Virus record (IMG/VR): IMGVR_UViG_3300028591_000072
Span: 160,001 to 224,000 of that record
Strand: one strand, 5' to 3'
DNA length: 64,000 nucleotides
Origin: a virus
Taxonomy: Duplodnaviria; Caudoviricetes
The notes below the pieces were generated by a model that did no database searches, was not told where the DNA came from, and saw only the letters and a program-made list of their open reading frames with translations. A program made the position numbers and the translations under genes. This document shows, one piece after another, positions 58,875-64,000 of the stretch. The stretch's first letter is position 1. Each line of letters begins with the position of its first letter.

Positions 58875-61800
58875 ATGTCAAGAAAAGATAATTTAATAAA
58901 AAGCAAGTCAATATATACATTAAGGAGTAAACATACTATTATTCCTAATGGAACTATATTTGAAAATGACCATGTAACAATAGTCCCAAATGACGGTATA
59001 TATAATGATGATATGCCGTTGTTTTCCGATTCAAATTTTAAATTTAGAATAGGCGTTGGCGGAAGAGGGAAGAAAAAGCACGCAAGAGGCGGGTTTATTG
59101 GTACAGATGGGAGCAATGAAAATGTGTGGACATTGGAAAATCTTCCAGAAACCAGAATTTCAACAGATGGAAAAATAAAGTTAAAGCCAAATTATTCTTC
59201 AATGAAGGATTTCGCATATTATGGCTCAGCTGTTGAACTTTTGAGGGCGACAGTTAATGACATAATAATGAGATATCCAGGTGGACTATATTATTATAAT
59301 GGAGAAAAAGCGCCTAAAATAAAAATCGGAAACAAACAATATTATTTAGTTTCCAATGAATTTAACATTGATTTTTGGTCACCAATGGGGTGTTCCACTG
59401 ATGGGATTGATAATCCGATGCGTGTTCTTGGCGCAAGTTATATGAATTATGTTGATGGCGATGGAAATCCAATTGCGCTTAATGTGTGTATAACAGGCGA
59501 TTGCCTTGATTCTGTTATAGGACGTGTTTCATTTAAAAATTTAAATAACAATAAAGTTAATACAAGAAATTCAGATGATGAAATACTTGGCAAAAGCATC
59601 AATGCAAATAGTATTATTTATTATTTAACTATTACAGCAAAAACAGGGAATTACGGATGGAAAAATGAAATTGGGGAATCTGATTCTGCTGATGAAGATG
59701 TAAGGGGTCCCGTTTCAACTACACAAGCAAGCGACAACACTCACGTGAATTCATCGGTTATTTATGTTCCGTTAAAGCAAAAGCAAATAACATTTGTTGC
59801 TACAACTAGTGAAAACGGAACATTGGTTGCAAACGTTTTTACTGATAATGACGGAATTGCAAGTGTTTCTGTGCAAGCAGAAGGTAACGGGCTGTGGGAA
59901 GGAAATGGAGATGCAAGCGATATTATCCGTTGGGTTGCATATTATGCAGATAACACAAATACGTATTATAATTATTCGGGAACAAGAATTATTAGTGATA
60001 ATGAATTTGATGATGAAATAATTGTGATGAAAAACACAAATCAAACGATTCATTATCCGTTAAGTGTGTGGGCTTTCTTCTGTGGAACAAAAAACCCGAT
60101 TGAGGGTGCAACGGTCAATTTTTATATGGCATCTAATGAAATTACTGGTGCAAAAGTAAAAACTGCAATAACAGATGGGGATGGGTTTGCATACTTTAGG
60201 CCTGAAGATTTTGGCGATAATATTCAATCAATATTTAATGAACCGCCAACAACATGGTATTCAGAAGTTATTTATAATGGCGAAATAAAAATAACGAATA
60301 TATTAAGTGTAACGTCTTCTACATATGGATATGCCTGTTTTGATAGCGATGAGCATAATGCATCATTTATAAGTATAAAAGTGACCGGACTATTAAATAC
60401 TAATGGTAATGTTGGGGCTGGGAATGAATCTTGTATTAATTTTTATGACGCTGATAATCAAAAATATACTATTCGTGGCGTAACTGATGAAAACGGCTCT
60501 TTTAACGTTTTTGAAGAAACGTTTCATTCTTCGTTTCCAACTGTAAATCCAATTAGAGCAAATGGAGAAATAACATATAATGATGAGATAAAAGAAAGTA
60601 CGTTTGTGTTTCTTTTTGAATATGCGAATGTTCCACAAAATCATAATGTAACTGTATATTTTGATGAAAAGCCTGAAATTGGCACAAAAACGTTAATGTG
60701 TGATGTGTTATACGATTCATCATACAGGGACCCGGTTGAAGGTGCTAATGTCGTTTTTACTGTTTATACAGACAAGAGTAATTATACATATACGGCAACA
60801 GTAACTACAAATTCTAAAGGCCTTGCGTCTATTGACATACCTTCAGATGATTGGGTTGGGAATGGCTCAATTGATGAACTTGCAATTGATGGCAATAGAT
60901 GGGACGTTTCATGTTTGTATAATTCATATAGATATTACGGAAATCCAAGAACATTGTTAATTAAAAATGAGCAGTATAGAAATACAATTATAGTTGAAAA
61001 AAAGAAAAATTGGTCTTATATTACTGTAAGGGCAAAAAATAACTTATCAATGCTTCAAGGTGCGATGTGCACTGTTTGTGCATCCACAAAAAGTTGCGGT
61101 GAATTTTCGTATTATTCTGTTGGCCAAACAGATAGTAGCGGTACTTTAAAGATTTCAAACAATATTTCTGATTGGAATAAATTTCCAAGGGCACCACAAG
61201 CAAATCCTAATGACTTTATTTATTGGAAGGCAAGTGCCAGGTATCACGGAACCGGCCCAATGAATCAGATGGAAAGTTGCGAAACTTTTGAAGGCAATGG
61301 CTCATATGTTTTTGTGTTTAAGAATGATGAGCCAAATGTTCCTCAAGTTCAGGAATGCAATGGGATGAATGATAGTAATTCGTTTCTTATTTATTTAAAT
61401 GGGAATGGTGAAAAGTTGTTATTAAGTCCAAATAAAGGCGTTAATTTCAATAATAGTGTTATTATAGAGCCAAAAAAAGAAATAATTGATGAATTTTGGG
61501 AAACTATAGATGATTTTGAAAATGTTTTGTTGAATAGAAATTCACGACCAATTTATAAGGCCGTATTGGAAACCCCATATGTCGAAAATGGAAAACATAT
61601 TTATGATTATAGGTCATATGTTTGGCCAACAATAAATGGATATGTTCCAGACATAACAAGTAGTTCATTTAAAGGGTATTTGTCAAAATTAATGGAGATT
61701 GCGGAATATCATGACACATATGATTCCGATAATTTATGGAGAATGATGACACATGATTCAATTAAAAATTTAGATAGAAGTGGAATTGTGTTTTCTGATA

Positions 61801-63668
61801 CCGATTCTTTGGACTTGTCAAGAATGGAGGCGATGATTAGGATACATGGAAGAATTTATGATGACATAAAAAGATATGCCGATGGTATTAAGAGTGTAAA
61901 TATCGTAACATATGACGAAAAAAACAACATGCCTGATTATTTTCTTTCTGATAATGTTGAAACTGGCGGATTTTATGTAAAAACAATCAATGAAATTGCA
62001 AAATTTGAAGAAACTGATAATGTAAAGTCTGTTATAGCGTCTGATAATGTTTTTTCCGGTGCGATGATTTCTGGAATAACGGCATTTGAAATAAATGGAG
62101 AATTTTTGAAACGATTATCAATTAGTGAAAGATATATTTTATCATCAAAAGGTACAAGAAGGGGAATTGAGTATATTCTTGGACTGTTTGGTTATTATTT
62201 ACACGATGGTAAAGGAAAGGGACGTATAGGCGATTATAGTATAACTGAATATATAAGGGTTGCAAATAATTTTCCTAATTATTATGAGGCATCTTCGTTG
62301 AGAGTTCTTGGAAATTACACACATTCTGATATTGAAGGATTTGAGAATACTTTTTATGATTATCCGGTTGCCGTTGTTAGTCCAAATGGAATGACAGATG
62401 AAGCGAGTTTTTATTTAATTCCTTGGGTTAAAAACGGAATAACATATTATAATGATATCTATTTTCAAGAAAAAGGTGGATGGGGAAAATCTTTAAAACG
62501 AGGAATTAATTTAGATATAACTACAGTTGACAGCATTGAATCTGATTATGGACTTGCATTATATGACGAAACAAATCCATATATGACGTATGTTAATGAC
62601 CTGGAAGAACTTACATCGCTATCAAATAATACAATATATGAAGGTATGATTTGTTATGTAACTGATATAAGTGGGCTTTATTCATCGTATTTGTCCGAGA
62701 GTGATTACCATTATTCTGAGCAGTCACAATCAGATAACAGATATTCAAATCCTAATAATAACTTTCCCGGTAGTCAATATTTAAATCAACGTGATTTTTC
62801 ACATTATTTTGTTCTTGAAAATACTGCATTATCAACACATATTGGATACGTTAAAAATGAATTGTATTCTTGTTATGGATGGAAAAATATATTTTTGAGC
62901 GAATTTAATGAAGGGCCAAAGACATATAACGGGCTGAAAGTTCTTTATTTGGAATCGTTGTCTTTAAATACAAATGGAAACAATCCACATTGCGGACATG
63001 GAAATTATGATGATGGACGTGGATATATTGAAAAGTTTAATAGACTTTTTGGATATGCTCTTGATTCCGGTGAGTTTGACGGTATTAAAGACAATCCAAA
63101 TTATAATGAATACCTTAGTCAAATATGTTCTATTGGGTTTGATGTTAGCGAATTGATACAAGACAATGAGAAGTGTTATTATTTTTTAAATGGAACGACA
63201 CAATTTGTTGATAGAAATACTGCTCCAAATGTAAATCATTCATCTGTAATTGATTCCAACGGAAATTCATGTGAATTAGTTCAATTTGAACTTGAAAACG
63301 GCATTGATGCTTTACAAGAAGATAGATATGATAATTTCGTGAATCCTGAAAACGGCTCTAAAATGGATGAATGTGCCTCTTTTTCAGTTGTTAATGTTAA
63401 GAATTTGAAAATAACGTTTTATACTGGCGGAAATAAGTATTTTGAAAAATATTTACAAGATGTTGTGTTTAAATATTTAAAAGAAATGATTCCGTCAACT
63501 ACAATACTTGAATTTGAATTTGATGGCGAAAGCAGTTCAAAAATCAACGATGGAGATGTCTATAATGGCAATGGACGAATTCTTGGTGAGGTTGTTGGCG
63601 ATGGCGTTAGCGTATCTAATGATACAACTAATTATTTGGTCGAAAATAATGAAGGTATAATTATTTAA
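58875..63668 (+). CDS. Baseplate wedge protein (T4 gp7 / P2 gpI-like) with five inserted Ig-like repeats
   Basis: SKGTRRGIEYILGLFG (about 62145-62192) and C-terminal YLKEMIPSTTIL resemble gpI/gp7-type wedge motifs. The central region repeats P.EGA.V.F...T[DN]..G. Confidence 0.55.
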   Translation: MSRKDNLIKSKSIYTLRSKHTIIPNGTIFENDHVTIVPNDGIYNDDMPLFSDSNFKFRIGVGGRGKKKHARGGFIGTDGSNENVWTLENLPETRISTDGKIKLKPNYSSMKDFAYYGSAVELLRATVNDIIMRYPGGLYYYNGEKAPKIKIGNKQYYLVSNEFNIDFWSPMGCSTDGIDNPMRVLGASYMNYVDGDGNPIALNVCITGDCLDSVIGRVSFKNLNNNKVNTRNSDDEILGKSINANSIIYYLTITAKTGNYGWKNEIGESDSADEDVRGPVSTTQASDNTHVNSSVIYVPLKQKQITFVATTSENGTLVANVFTDNDGIASVSVQAEGNGLWEGNGDASDIIRWVAYYADNTNTYYNYSGTRIISDNEFDDEIIVMKNTNQTIHYPLSVWAFFCGTKNPIEGATVNFYMASNEITGAKVKTAITDGDGFAYFRPEDFGDNIQSIFNEPPTTWYSEVIYNGEIKITNILSVTSSTYGYACFDSDEHNASFISIKVTGLLNTNGNVGAGNESCINFYDADNQKYTIRGVTDENGSFNVFEETFHSSFPTVNPIRANGEITYNDEIKESTFVFLFEYANVPQNHNVTVYFDEKPEIGTKTLMCDVLYDSSYRDPVEGANVVFTVYTDKSNYTYTATVTTNSKGLASIDIPSDDWVGNGSIDELAIDGNRWDVSCLYNSYRYYGNPRTLLIKNEQYRNTIIVEKKKNWSYITVRAKNNLSMLQGAMCTVCASTKSCGEFSYYSVGQTDSSGTLKISNNISDWNKFPRAPQANPNDFIYWKASARYHGTGPMNQMESCETFEGNGSYVFVFKNDEPNVPQVQECNGMNDSNSFLIYLNGNGEKLLLSPNKGVNFNNSVIIEPKKEIIDEFWETIDDFENVLLNRNSRPIYKAVLETPYVENGKHIYDYRSYVWPTINGYVPDITSSSFKGYLSKLMEIAEYHDTYDSDNLWRMMTHDSIKNLDRSGIVFSDTDSLDLSRMEAMIRIHGRIYDDIKRYADGIKSVNIVTYDEKNNMPDYFLSDNVETGGFYVKTINEIAKFEETDNVKSVIASDNVFSGAMISGITAFEINGEFLKRLSISERYILSSKGTRRGIEYILGLFGYYLHDGKGKGRIGDYSITEYIRVANNFPNYYEASSLRVLGNYTHSDIEGFENTFYDYPVAVVSPNGMTDEASFYLIPWVKNGITYYNDIYFQEKGGWGKSLKRGINLDITTVDSIESDYGLALYDETNPYMTYVNDLEELTSLSNNTIYEGMICYVTDISGLYSSYLSESDYHYSEQSQSDNRYSNPNNNFPGSQYLNQRDFSHYFVLENTALSTHIGYVKNELYSCYGWKNIFLSEFNEGPKTYNGLKVLYLESLSLNTNGNNPHCGHGNYDDGRGYIEKFNRLFGYALDSGEFDGIKDNPNYNEYLSQICSIGFDVSELIQDNEKCYYFLNGTTQFVDRNTAPNVNHSSVIDSNGNSCELVQFELENGIDALQEDRYDNFVNPENGSKMDECASFSVVNVKNLKITFYTGGNKYFEKYLQDVVFKYLKEMIPSTTILEFEFDGESSSKINDGDVYNGNGRILGEVVGDGVSVSNDTTNYLVENNEGIII

Positions 63669-63674
63669 TATTGT

Positions 63675-64000
63675 ATGGGAAAAACAATTGTCTTTAGTTG
63701 GAAAATAGACAACACTAAGTATGGATATTTGTGCGGGCCTGAATCCGATAACAATGAGCCGATGATTTGTGACAGAATAACAAGCCATGAATTGATGCAG
63801 GCAATTTCTGGCAAAGTTTCAAAATGGGACAAATTAACATATAATTCTAAATTAAATGCGTTAAAAGCTCTAATAGGCGACTATACACATGGATTTACAA
63901 TAACTGGAACGACAGATGACTATTGGTATGAAAATGGGGAAGATAAAAATTACATTGTGCTAACAGGAAAAGATGGGTCAAATTCGGATAAATATAGTAA
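63675..64000 (+). CDS. Hypothetical protein (3'-truncated; absent from the supplied ORF track)
   Basis: ATG at 63675 and open to the window end: MGKTIVFSWKIDNTKYGYLCGPESD...LTGKDGSNSDKYS. Confidence 0.75.
   Translation, partial: MGKTIVFSWKIDNTKYGYLCGPESDNNEPMICDRITSHELMQAISGKVSKWDKLTYNSKLNALKALIGDYTHGFTITGTTDDYWYENGEDKNYIVLTGKDGSNSDKYS

Noticed and set aside
94-63788. Many short overlapping or antisense ORFs in the supplied track (e.g. 13593-13964, 31666-32022, 52307-53098)
   Set aside because: They lie within long, motif-bearing genes. Several are mirror images of repeats, and none has recognisable motifs or its own expression signals.
1-64000. Alternative genetic code (TAG=Gln) as in Lak phages
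   Set aside because: Standard-code ORFs tile the window, including 2011-aa and 2423-aa structural genes, with no fragmentation at TAG.

Overview
This window is about 64 kb of a very AT-rich, large contractile-tailed (myovirus-like, probably jumbo) phage genome. It reads cleanly in the standard genetic code and is almost entirely on the + strand. The host is probably an anaerobic Bacteroidota, inferred from the class III RNR, BACON-like domains and A/T-rich leaders without Shine-Dalgarno sites. Four modules occur in order. (1) Tail and baseplate hub, 1-12.6 kb: a 5'-truncated tape-measure-like gene, a tube-like protein carrying an OmpA-like domain, a gp53/LysM-like protein, and a 2011-aa hub protein ending in an Amidase_3-like domain. 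(2) Replication and nucleotide metabolism, 12.6-26 kb: gp32-like SSB, thymidine kinase, RecA/UvsX, PhoH, 5'-3' exonuclease, DnaB-like helicase, NrdD with a LAGLIDADG intein in its active-site CC motif, and NrdG. (3) A 14.6-kb glycosylation island, 26.1-40.6 kb: two GT2 genes, a DUF4422/GT111-like gene, a nucleotide-sugar epimerase, a four-domain glycosyltransferase polyprotein and four paralogues of an uncharacterised HTKG/GTFYW family, all surrounding a modular Gly-X-Gln collagen-like fibre gene. (4) Baseplate wedge and large structural genes, 40.7-64 kb. The best candidate for an undescribed system is the island, which has no membrane or lipid-carrier components and may glycosylate the virion or fibre. 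Two recurring promoter-like motifs and six intrinsic terminators are visible. I found no tRNA, rRNA, CRISPR array, integrase or reverse transcriptase. All product calls come from motif recognition by eye, not database searches.
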